From the NCBI GenBank assembly GCA_943704425.1, contig CALSCP010002431.1:124001-188000 (forward strand): 64,000 bases of DNA, written 5' to 3'. This DNA comes from Ministeria vibrans ATCC 50519 (taxonomy: Eukaryota > Protista > Filasterea). The position numbers were made by a program, and so were the translations under genes. The notes under the pieces were generated by a model. It did no database searches, had not been told where the DNA came from, and was given only the letters and a program-made list of their open reading frames with translations. Positions 47,394-62,400 of the stretch are shown here, in pieces. How positions within the stretch are numbered: position 1 is the stretch's first letter; every line of letters begins with the position of its first letter.

Positions 47394-49600
47394 TTATTGG
47401 CATACGTGACAGAGAATGCATTGCGTTTTGGGCTTGTTGGAACTAATGGCGTCGTCGACGAAAAACGCTGTGATGTGGAGGCGACAGCTGGAGCAGAAGC
47501 GGTGGCCGCACGTGAGCTCTTCGGTGGGCGCGACAAGATCACGGTAGCACATGACACATGGCTCGGGGGTTTTGACGGAGTAGAGCCATGACTGGGGACT
47601 GGGAGCGTATGTATTCTTGACGCGGTCGAGGAATTGTTGGCGAACGAGGTGTGCGGTGTAGGCATTGTCCGTGTCAAGGGCATGCATGAAGGCGTCAATC
47701 AGTGACGCATACGTCGCCTCGTAAAAGTTGGAGACGCGCAGTTTGCTGCACTTATCGTGCAGAGTGGTGTAGTCGCTGGTAAGGAGGTCGGAATAGACCT
47801 CCATAAAGTGCAAGAGAACAGCGTCGCGGTCATAATCGATTGGACAGGGGCTCTCGTGGAAGTCTCCCACCCAGCTGGCCGAGACCGTGTTGGCCGTCGA
47901 CTTTTTCTTCGTGCGGAAGACCATTTTGATCTTGTGGACAATCGTGTCCTGGTTGCGTTTCAGCTCTCTGTCGACGCGAAACGACGGGGCACGATGGTCG
48001 TGACCGTGCTCACCACGGGAGAGCTGACAGAAGATTTTGCGCCCTTTGGCGTCGGCGAGCTCATCGGGAGAGTGCTGGCACGGTTGCATGTTAGTGAGGG
48101 TCTCCCACAGCTGGTCAAAAAGGCGTTGACCGTGCTTCACCTGGGCGGAGAACTCGGGAGAGGACACGTCGAGCGCGGTGATGAGCTGTTGTTTTTCAGT
48201 CTTCTTCTTGGAGGTCGCGGGAGCATTTTGCAGCTGGTCGTCGTCGTCTGCGATTGCCTCAAAGTTGGTGCTACGCACGCCGCGCTCGAGAGCCAGCTCA
48301 CAAGCAAGCATGGTCATGGTGCAGGCGCGCACACGACGGAAGACGGTGGCGTGCATGCTGAAGCAGCGCTGCATGACAATGTTGAGGGGACTCTCACCGG
48401 TCGTGTGGGCCTGTTCGAGGGCCATCTTGTGCAATTGCTCGACGGCGCTCTTTGGAATCAGATTGAGAACCTCACTTTCATTGTGGGTGAGAATGCGCTC
48501 GGCAAATTCGCCGCAGCGGCTCGTGCTGTTTTTCTGTGCTCGCAGTGCCGTCATGGTGAGGCTGCAGTACACATTGAAGACGGGTGCGGGTCGAAGCACC
48601 CATTCTCCTTTGGAAGAGTAAGAGTAATTGGGAGCGACTGCTGAGTCACTGACCACCGCGGAGGTACCGGTCGCTCGGTTGCCGGGCACCTTCCACTCAA
48701 TGCCTTGGAAGTAGGTGCCAATGCTGCGGTGTACCATGTCAATCCAATTGGCCTCGCTGATAAAGGTGGGGCGCTCTGCAACGCGACGGTCGATGATGCA
48801 GCGGAGCAAGGGCGCCACACGCGTGGCAACAATCTTCTCGAATTGCTGCTCTTGCTCGGGCGTCTGGTAGACGGGCAGGGCAATGCAGACGACACGGGAG
48901 AAGTAGGAGCGAAGAATACCCTCGGGATCGTGCAGGTTCAGAATGCGCTCTGTCTCTTCGTCGTAGTCACGTTCCGCCTCCTCAAAGGTGCGTCGGTTCG
49001 AGATGAAGACGAGCGCTGGTCGTAGATTGTCGGGAATAGAGATGTTTAGGGAGGCACTCTCGGCCAGTTCAATGGCTTCTTCGACCCACTTGTTGATGGA
49101 GAAGTTCATTTCGCTGACGCAGACGAGAACATCGGCGACTGCATAGGCGAGACGACTCAGCTGCAGTTTAACTGCGTTGGAGCGAGCGCGACCCAACATG
49201 GTTTGCTGCTCGTGCGACATGCCCGTGACGTCTAAGGCAAGGGGCAGTCCGCTGCCCGAGTCACCCTCGAGGTCGAGCAGAAAATTCGAAGGGGTCAATA
49301 AAAGCTGGGCGTCGGCCGAGGTCGGTCGCCGTTCGATATTCTGAGTGGGCGACTCGGCCACCTTTGAAATGAGATGGCCGTTCGCGAGTGCCTTGGCGAG
49401 GGCGTTGAGGATGCGTGATTTTCCCACGTGCGTCGAGCCAATGGTAGCAATGATACGTGCGGCGCTTGAGAGGCGCTCGGCGGGAGTTTCGGCATAAGCG
49501 CGGTCGATTTCGCTCTGGACGGGACGAAGGGAAAAATGGCTGTTGGGACGAGTGTCAATTTCCGCGATGCGATACACTGCAAAAGAGTTGTTTATGGTGC
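47394..49600 (-). CDS. GBP/atlastin-like P-loop GTPase with C-terminal RING finger (5' exon unresolved)
   Basis: Walker A IATIGSTHVGKSRILN, G2-like RPTSAD, G3 LLDLEG; C-terminal CxxC..CGHRFCSSC..CxxC C3HC4 pattern. Confidence 0.72.
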
Positions 49601-50030
49601 TGCCCAACAGAAGAAAGGGGTTGAATTTGTCAGAATCTTACGAGTCTGCGACATGGGTAACAGAGGGAAAAAAGAATTACAATAATAATAATAATTTGTT
49701 GGGTCGGTTTGTTTTATGTTTCTCGGGTCGACAAACTGGTCGAATTTATTATTGTTGTTGTGACGATGAGACCAAGTCAGGCGGCTGATTTTCTCAGTCT
49801 TAAGGGTGAGAGGCATTGAGAGCCTGAAAACAGACTAAGGAGAGCGAGAACTCAGGGAGGCAGTCGTGAGGCAGACGATTCGAACGCATGATCGAAATTA
49901 ATCATTCACAATTTCACCACCAATTCTTTTCCCCCAAGAACTTGGAGTGCGTCAACCAATAACAACAATATTACTTAATTACTTTATATTCAATATATAG
50001 ATTTTAGAGTTTAGACGGCACCAAGGGATA

Positions 50031-51880
50031 ATGAAGATCTCACGTACGCCGAAAGAGATCACAAGGTTATTCGGCTGTTTCACATACTCACACACACACA
50101 CAGTTTCACTTCATTTCATTTGACTATTTTTGCCGTTTCAGTCAGTCCAGAGTCGTTTGTAATGAACAGGGATCGGCGCCTGCTGATACCCGGTTTGGAA
50201 GGGTTCGCGGAGACGACGGAGAGTATTTTACGCCAACTGCGACTTTGCACTCCGTTTGCGCACCAGCTCTTATCAAGCCAAAGCGTGAACCGCGCTTGTG
50301 TTGAGGCAATCAAGCAGCAGCTGCTTGACGAAATTCACAAATGGGTGGCGATAAACGAGGGATCATCAGCGTTTCACAAACCTGCGCGACCGTACAGTTC
50401 CCATCCGCCTTCGTCCTTCTACTCATCGCAGTACGCGATCTCACCATATCGTCCAATCGAAGCAGCAGCAGCAGCAACAGCATCGGCAGCAGCAGCAGCA
50501 ACAAGACTACCAGCAGCATCAGCAGCGGCGGCACAATCAACAGTCGTCGCGTCTCCGCACCCAATCCCCCCCTCAACATCCTCGTCAGCTTCGACTGGGC
50601 AAACACGGCAATACGGGACGTCCTTAACGCCCGGCAAGGTGCACCGCAAGGTAGATTGTCAGTCGCAGGAAAGACAAGCGCGGAAGAAAGCACGCACTGT
50701 GGAGACAGTACAACATTCCCATGTACAACCGACTGCACCTTCTTCTACGACGACAACAACATCAGCAAAAAAAGAAAGACCAACGGAAAAAGCTTATAAA
50801 TGGTCATCGGTACAGCCAATACCGACTGCACCTTCTTNNNNNNAACATCAGCAAAAAAAGAAAGACCAACGGAAAAAGCTTATAAATGGTCATCGGTACA
50901 GCCAATACCGACTGCACCTTCTTCTACGACGACAACAACAACATCAGCAAAAAAAGAAACACCAACGGAAAAAGCCTATACATCATCACCAGCTGCACGC
51001 ACGTCGTCTGAGCCATCCTCGACACCCACATTCGGAGAGGAAGAAGTCGGTTTACCCAAGGCGGATCACGTCGACGACAAGGCCATGGGTCACAAGGCGA
51101 GCGACGACAAGTCGGACGTGGACGACGTTATAATTGTCAGCGACGAGCTGTCATTGTCATCGTCGTCGACATCTGTTCCAACGCGACGAAAGCGTCCTCG
51201 ACCCGCCGACCCCCCGACGAAAAATGGTTCTCCTTGTGCTGTTGTTCAGCACCCGCACCTCTCGACGCATACCCAAAACATCCTTCCAGGTGGACACTCA
51301 ATCACACGACACTGTGTGCTGTTTTATCTACTGATGCTTCTGCTTGACTGCTTCTTCTTTCACAGAATTCAATCGGGATTTTTTGGCGCGCGCCATTGCG
51401 TATATAGATGAACCATTGAGTCAATGGAATGCCGAGTTCAAGGACTCGGTGCCGGAAGCAACGCATGGATGGGCGTCCCTGCCACTGAATCCTCTGCTGT
51501 GTGCTCTGTGGCTTGGCAAGGATCACAGCAATGACACGGCAATGATGCATGGAAGGTTGTTCGCGCACTTCTTTTTGGAGGGCGGCGTGCAGCGCAATAA
51601 GGATTGTGATGCGCTTCGTGAAAAAGTGACTCGCTCTATTCAGGCTCTTGTTACCCGCCGCCTCTCACCAGCGGAACCGCATTTCAGCGTGCTATGTAAC
51701 TTTTGCCGCAGCATCTTTGGGCGGATGATCGTCATGGCAACGCGCGATCCGATGACGCGCGTGTACACTCTCTACCAGCTTGATGGGACCACCGTTAACA
51801 CCGTCTTTTCGGGGGCTCGATCGATATTGGCGGCGAGGAGGATTTATGAGACGGGCGATGAGTGGGTGAAAATGGTGTAA
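50031..51880 (+). CDS. Hypothetical spliced protein with low-complexity repeats (N gap ~50838-50843)
   Basis: Open frames 50120-51230 and 51365-51880 separated by GT-AG introns; RRKRPR NLS-like stretch; no recognised domain. Confidence 0.5.
50728..50985 (+). repeat. ~90-bp coding tandem repeat (PTAPSSTTTTTSAKKERPTEKAYKWSSVQPI), at least 3 copies, interrupted by an N gap
   Basis: ACCGACTGCACCTTCT..ACATCAGCAAAAAAAGAAA..CCAACGGAAAAAGC recurs three times. Confidence 0.88.
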
Positions 51881-52260
51881 TGTCATAGTGCGGCGCGTGA
51901 CAATGAAATTATAAAATAAAATATTTTATCTCCATTTTATCATTATATAAACTGAGGGTGGAAGAAAAATAAAATCTCGGCTTGCAGCAAAGGATCTAGG
52001 GCGATTCAATTAAATCGAATTAATCGATTTACGATGATTAGTTATATTTCAATGACATCGAAGTACTTTCAAAGAGGCTTTCAAAGAGCTTTCAACTTTT
52101 AAGCTTCAAAGTTCAACCCCAGTATTGATTTTTTTCACTATTGAATCGAATAGTGTAAAATTCAAGTGAAATTAAGAAGGCATTGATTTGAACTTATTTG
52201 ACTCATTTGAAGTGTAGTCAGTTTACAGGTAGTCTTTTCTCCTGTCACTCGTTAGTCAAC

Positions 52261-53016
52261 ATGGCCGACGACGCAAGAGAACCAGCCGACGAGGCGACCA
52301 ACGTGCTTCTTATCGAGGGAGTTGAGCTTACCAAGACAGATGCACTGGATCAGTTGTGTCACAGACTCACAGGATGGGGCGCAGTGGTGTCTCTGGAAGT
52401 GCTTGCCGACAAAAGGTCTGCGACAAATCGAACATTCGACGTTCAATCTCCCCTCGCACCCCATGCATCCATGTGTGCTATTGTGTAGCCACACATGCAT
52501 CCATGCATCGACGTTTTTGTCTCGCGCAAAAGGATCTTATTCGTTCCTTTTTCGACTTGTAGTTTACGGTGCGTCTTTGAGGAGCCGCGCGCTGCGCAAC
52601 GCGCGTACGACAGCCTCCCGTCGCTGTTCACGACGGTTTGCTGCCACTACGACCAGGCGAGCGTGTGCATTCCGGCGAGCGACGCGTTTCTCGCAGTGCC
52701 CGAATCCGATCGCCTCTTTCTCATCTCGCCACCCTTTTCCCCGCCTGTCGACTGGAAGCCCATTGTGGAAGGCCCGCCCGTCGTCAACCACGACCTCGTT
52801 GCCCGTCTTCAGGCCCTATCCACACAGAGTGACGGCGGCGACGCCTCTGCGCAGCATGCTCCGTGCGCCGGCGACACAACCGTCCTCCACCCGTCCACCG
52901 CACCCACCATGCCTGCTATTGTGCTGCATTTCGCTGGCGATGACCCCGATGCTCCTGTGGGCGTTGCAGGCATGTCTGTTGCTGGAGTACGCACCGCTTT
53001 TCCTCCCAGATTATGA
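52261..53016 (+). CDS. RCAN: Regulator of calcineurin (calcipressin/RCAN)
   Basis: RRM-like N-terminus, FLAVP (LxVP), FLISPPFSPPVDW (SP repeat), PAIVLH (PxIxIT-like) and terminal RTAFPP (TxxP); one intron. Confidence 0.92.
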
Positions 53017-53900
53017 GTGCTTGTAAACAAACTATTTTCTCCACTTGCTCTTTGAAAAAGGACCCTGTCTGGCGTGTCAGGGACTCACAGACCATAAGTT
53101 TTATCTGCTGTTAGTCTGAAAAACGTCTGTGATCTGTCAGACTGTCAGTCACCGACACATATATCGTGCGTTAATGGATATGAGTCGTCTCTCTACTGTC
53201 CTTCTCGGGTTTGATAGTAAATTATATTTGAATAGAAAAGAAACCTTGAAAGACCACTCCAAAAAAACATAAGGCTAAAACCATATCGTGCGCGACGGCA
53301 TAGCAGCATTTTAAAAAGGACAAGCGGGGTCAAAAAAAAAAAAAGAGAAGGGCGCGCTCGAAAGCGACACCCGGCACAAATAAATTCTGACAGTTGATGA
53401 GAATTGATCCCACCAATGACAGGCTTGTGAGACTGAGTGTACCTGTCAATATAGCCTGTTAGGAGTGGCAGATATTGAAACCGTAACTCCCCGTCAAGGT
53501 AAGTACATACAAACGGCTGCTCTGCGTTACATATACCCACTTTCTCTTTGCCCAATTCCATTTTCAACTCCCGCCTCAACTTGCCGCGGTTCGTTTCTGA
53601 TCACTAAGAATGGTTCAAGGGCGATTTGCCAGGCACGGTTAGCAGTCTGTGAAGACTATTCGTCGACACGACGTGAAAAAAAACACGATCGATTGTGACC
53701 TGCGGAGGCCTTCATCAAGCCTAGTCCCTCTTCCATGGTGCATTGTGACTTATGAGCGAGCACCCTTATGGCTTGCTTGGCGTCCGAGGTACTCTTTGGT
53801 CGTTTCGTTTGAACTTTTGTTGAATTGAATAAATTTTACAGTAATTTTTCTCTTGAGCCTTTTCGTTCAACACTTTTGCGCCAATTTTGAGAGTAGGATC

Positions 53901-55058
53901 ATGGAGGATAGTCAAGAGACACCCAAGAAAAGGTACGCCTTTTGGTTTTTTTTCCATAGCTCGTTTTGAAGTGCGAGTTTTATTGTATTATTTTAGTTTT
54001 GTGATTGCGGTGGCTGCAGACGAGAGCGACAACGCTCACCGCGCACTGGACTTTGCAGTGAACCTTGCCCACTCGCTGTACCCGCACGGGCGACTTGTAG
54101 TATTACATGCGACTGGTACGAACGCACTTTGGAATAGTCTGGATGAACTTTTGACTTACATGTGTGTTGTGTCGACAGCGCTCAATCCCGAACAGCACAT
54201 TCCGTATGTCGATCAGATGGAGAGGATATACAACTACGAGGCTAAGGAGCGTTCTGAAAAGATCCAGACGAAGCTCAAGAGTCTTCTTGACGCATGTGCC
54301 AACGACGTAAGGACATGATAGTGTGGTTGTGTGATTGTATGATTGTGAAATTGTGTGACTGTGTGGTTGTGTGATTGTATGGTTGTGTGATTGTGTGGAT
54401 GTGTGGATGTGTGATTGTGTGACTGTGTGATTGTGTGGTTGTGTGGTTGTGTGATTGTGTGGATGTGTGGATGTGTGGATGTGTGATTGTGTGATTGTGT
54501 GGTTGTGTGGTTGTGTGGTTGTGTGACTGTGTGACTGTGTGACTGTGTGACTGTGTGGTTGTGAGGTTGTGTGATTGTGTTGCCAATTCTGATTGCAAAA
54601 GGATCGCAGATTTTGCTGAGCGTGTGTGTGCAACAACATTATTTGTGTTTGATTTGAAACGTACCAACGCGCCAATAGTATTATTTTACTATTTTTTGCG
54701 AAAGGGGGGAGAGCACTCTGTCGCAATTTGTGCTTGATAATATATCATAAATGTGTGTTCCTCTACCATTATATTGCAGTGGATTTGTACTCTTATCCCC
54801 TTTGCAATGTGTCAATTTGGATTCACAAAGACACACACAAAAATTAATTTTATTTTTTATTAGTTGGACTACCAGTACCGTGAGCTACAGGCGGGCACGG
54901 ACGAGCGGGAGATGCTGACCAAGACAGTCAACGACCTTGCGCCCGACATGTTTGTGGTGGGCACTCGCGGCATGGGTGCCCTCAAGAAGCTCATTCTGGG
55001 CTCAATCAGTGACCATTGTGTCAAGAACTGCACTTGTCCAGTCACTGTTGTCAAATAG
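53901..55058 (+). CDS. Universal stress protein (UspA family), multi-exon
   Basis: FVIAVAADESDNAHRALDFA..LVVLHA and MFVVGTRGMGALKKLILGSISDHCVKNCTCPVTVVK. Confidence 0.92.
54321..54580. repeat. 9-bp minisatellite (GTGTGATT/GGTT/ACT variants) in the USP intron
   Basis: About 28 tandem TGTGTG(ATT/GTT/ACT)-like units directly visible. Confidence 0.9.
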
Positions 55059-55259
55059 TACAATCGCTATGGTGTCCCTGTGCAATTCGAGTCAATTTTC
55101 CTTTTTTTGTTTTCTGTCTTATCCGGGATAAAAAAAAGTGTTCAAAAAGGCCGAACACACCCCAAAATCGAGCGAATTGAACAAGAACAAACAATGGTTA
55201 TGTTTTATCATTCTCACTCTCTCTCGATGTCTTTGATCTCTCTCTCAATCTCTGTCCAT

Positions 55260-58699
<3,440 letters not shown>

Positions 58700-59091
58700 T
58701 GGATGTTGGAGGAAGAAAAGAAATAAAAGTGAAAGGGGAGACTGGGGTCTGGGAGAGAGTCAGTCAGTCAGTCAGTAAGAGAGTCGACAGATCAGTCCAG
58801 GGAGTCCTGTAAGAATTCTGTACGCACAAAATGGCAATCTACATTGGGTACTGGTGCGTAGTGGCTGCTCAACTGGTCTGTCACTCGCGTGAGTTCCGTC
58901 AGAGGTTACTGTTACGGGACACACACGTTTGTACGTTCCGTTTCAATCATTTGCCTTCGGCTGCAGACGATCACACACACACACACACACACACGCACAC
59001 ACACACACATCCAATCCTTGGAGGTGGACCCAAACATCCAAGTGCCATGTAGTGGGGTGTCGCGCCATCAAATTGTGCAGGATGGGAAGCC

Positions 59092-59197
<106 letters not shown>

Positions 59198-59462
59198 CGC
59201 AGTTGGCGATCGGCGCACTCTTCACCGAACAACGTCACGCAAGTGACATGAGTGACCGCGCACTCCTGAGTCCTGCCTGACAACTTATTAAGAACGTGAC
59301 CGTGAACGATCAAACTGTCGTTTGTGGCCACGTATATAAAATATTTGGGTTGAGGAATTGCACAATAAGTTAAGACGAAACTCATCTTAAAACATTCCAT
59401 TTTTAGTTTTCACAATTTTTTCTCTTCCTTCTTCTCTGATAACTCATACACTCCAACTTATT

Positions 59463-62400
59463 ATGACGTCTTCCAACTTCACCGCTCTTGTTGTCATCCC
59501 CGCGACCACCGACGAGTCCGAACCGGACGCTTGGTCCGCTATACAGAGTTTGCGCGAACAGTTCGATGCGACAAAACATTACAAGAAATGGCCGCCCCAC
59601 TTCACCATCGCGTCGCCCTTTGTGCCGCCCGAGTCAATCAAGACAGCCGCATCCATCCTGGCGCGCGCTGTTGCGCAAGTCGACGATTTCGAAGTGGTTA
59701 TCAACGAACATGGTTTCTTCGACCATCGCGATTCACTCACGGCCTTTCTTCGAGACTCCACCTGCACCCCTCTTCTGGATCTGCACGCCACCGCGCGCGA
59801 GGCACTGATCCAGGCCAATCTACATGCACCACCGCAAGATTTTGTCCCGCACCTGACCGTGGTGCACCGGCGTGCCGTCGACCGTCCCACCGTCGCCGCC
59901 GCACTGCAAACGTTGCGCAATGTCCGCTTCAAGGTGCGCGCCCTTGTGGTCTTGAGCCGTCCCATGAACGCACCGGACGAGCCCATGTCAGTGCAGTATG
60001 TCATCCCCTTCCGCGGCGGCGGCGACGTGCGCCAGGTGCCGCCTGCGTCGCGTCATGGCGTGCCAGTCGGGTCGCCCGAGTACCACCGCGTCGACGCACT
60101 CTCCGCCGTCCTCCGCGACTACCCACCCCAGGACCAGTCCGGATCAGCAGCACAATTGCTGGCAGCAGGAAGAGGAGCCGGACTCACCATTGACGTTGCC
60201 GCAGCCGTCGCGGCCGCCGCAACTTCCAACGACACACAAGAGGATTTGCCCTCTCCCCAGGTACAACAATGTCTCACCTCTCCTCTTCTGCAATGCCAAA
60301 CCTTCACCTCACCGATTCGTTCGTTTCCAGGTCACGTACACACTGGTGTTTCCCACAGTAGGACACGGTGGTACACGTCTGGCAACGGCTGCCGAGCTGC
60401 TCAGCCGCATCAAATGGGATTCGATGTACAAACGCATTATTAGTATTAATTGTATTACGTTATACTGACATTAATTTAATTTTTGTAGGTTCTCACTCGA
60501 GGACTTTACGGTTGGATGGTACGACCGTGTAACCAACGAAATTGACGAAGTGACTGCTGACCACTGGATTGGCACAGAACGAAGTAAAAAAATAAAAAAA
60601 AATAACAAACCGACACTCATTATTATTCTTTGTTTATCTCGCTTATAGGCGATGTCACAAGCGAGGGATTTATCCCCGAACACCGCGTTCGTCAACTCAA
60701 GTACCGCGGTAAAATTGTATGGGACCGTGCAACGCGTCTTGACCTCATCAGGTAAGTCCCCTTAGACAGTCACTTGTGTGATGGAATTGTTGTTTGTGTG
60801 CGTTCTCAATTCATTTCTATACGTAGCGGCGCACGTCTCGTCCCTATTGCACGCGATGGAGTTGCACTTGTGGAGGGCGTCCTTCCCAACGAAGATCCAT
60901 CTGAAGACACATCGACCACAACGACAACGACTGCAAATGCCAAGGCAACGCACTTTATTGGTCTTCGAGTGGCGGGCGTTGCCTCGCCGGAGCTCACGGA
61001 GCAGTTCACACACGCTCAGATGGCACTGGTTGAGGCACACGCCGACGCGGCAGAAACCCTTGTGCCCTTACCTCTGCTGCATATGACCTTAGCATTGGTT
61101 CGTGTGACGCCAGGTAGTGCGGCTGAGCGTGCCACTGTGACGGCTGTGCGTGAGTTTGCAAGGTCACTGCCCGAATCACTCAACGTTGAGCTCAAGGGCG
61201 TCGATTGCTTTGCAAGCGGACGCTGTGTGTACGCGCGTGTTGCCAGTGGTGCTTCAATGGCACTGCTCAATGATGCGCACACGCGTCTACGCGAGTGCCT
61301 TGCCACCCACGGTGTTCGTATTGCAGACGCCTTTGAATTTGTTCCGCACGTCTCTCTCGCGCGTGTGCCTGCGAGTGTTGCCGGACAGATTCCTCGCGCG
61401 GCCGTTGACTCGATTGCGGCTCATCGTTTTGGCACGCTTACGACTCATGCTGTCGATGTGACAGCCGTCGACGCTCCGCACCGCTCCGATGGCTATTACA
61501 CCTGCGTCGAAACGGTTCCATTTGGCGTGCAACTACCCACATCGCTTGAGCTCCACGACGGTCGTGTCCTGGCCATCTTTGACTTTGACGGCACTCTTGT
61601 GCGCACACCGACTGTCGACTCAACGCGCTGGTCGCCCGCTGTCAACGCCGCTCTGGGGCGACGCTGTATTGACGGTGGCCTTGGCTACTTTGAGACCAAT
61701 GTGAGTCTTCGCGTCGCTCTGCAGTTGCTTCGAGCACCGCACAATGGACGCACATGTGAAGGTGTGCCTGTTCTTGTGGAACGTCTCGTCGAGGCATATC
61801 AGCGCGCCCGTCGCAACCCTTTGGCACGCGTTGTTCTGCTCACGGGCCGCACTGAGTCGTGTCGTGCCGACATGGAGGAGTTTATGCGCGAGGCCAATTT
61901 GCGCTTTGACGAGATTGTGATGCGTCCCAACCGATTCCGTGGACCCACCGCCGTGTACAAGGCGCAGGAGGTGGTGCGTCTTGTGGACACGTACCATCCC
62001 ATGGCTGTGTATGGCTACGACGACGACGAAAATTGTGTCCCGGCCATGGAAAAGGCGCTCGAGGGCCGCGGTCTGGCTCACGTTGCCATCACCAAGGTGG
62101 TGCACAAGTCGGCGCGCGTTTCGGCCGACATGGAGTACGCCATGATAGAGGAGGTGGTCCGTGCCCATCCTCGCTTGTCTCTCTCGCGTACGCCTCAGTT
62201 CACAGGCATTCTGCTTGACAGTGCGTCCCAGGCGCAGCTGCACAAGGTCTTCCCGGCACCCCAGTCCAACTGGAAAGTTCGCATGCACCACATCACACTG
62301 CACCAGGGCGCACCGCATGCTGAGCTTACGCTTGGCGAGCGTGTCTCTGTCAGGGTGACACGGTACGGTGCGTCTGCTTCGGCTGCTGCGGTTGCCGTGG

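Noticed and set aside
50728-50985. Regularly spaced repeats as a CRISPR array
   Set aside because: Whole 90-bp units repeat with no unique spacers and translate in frame.
54103-54726. His/Thr-rich 207-aa minus-strand ORF, and a possible CRISPR-like array
   Set aside because: A 9-bp intronic minisatellite without unique spacers; no cas genes; eukaryotic context.
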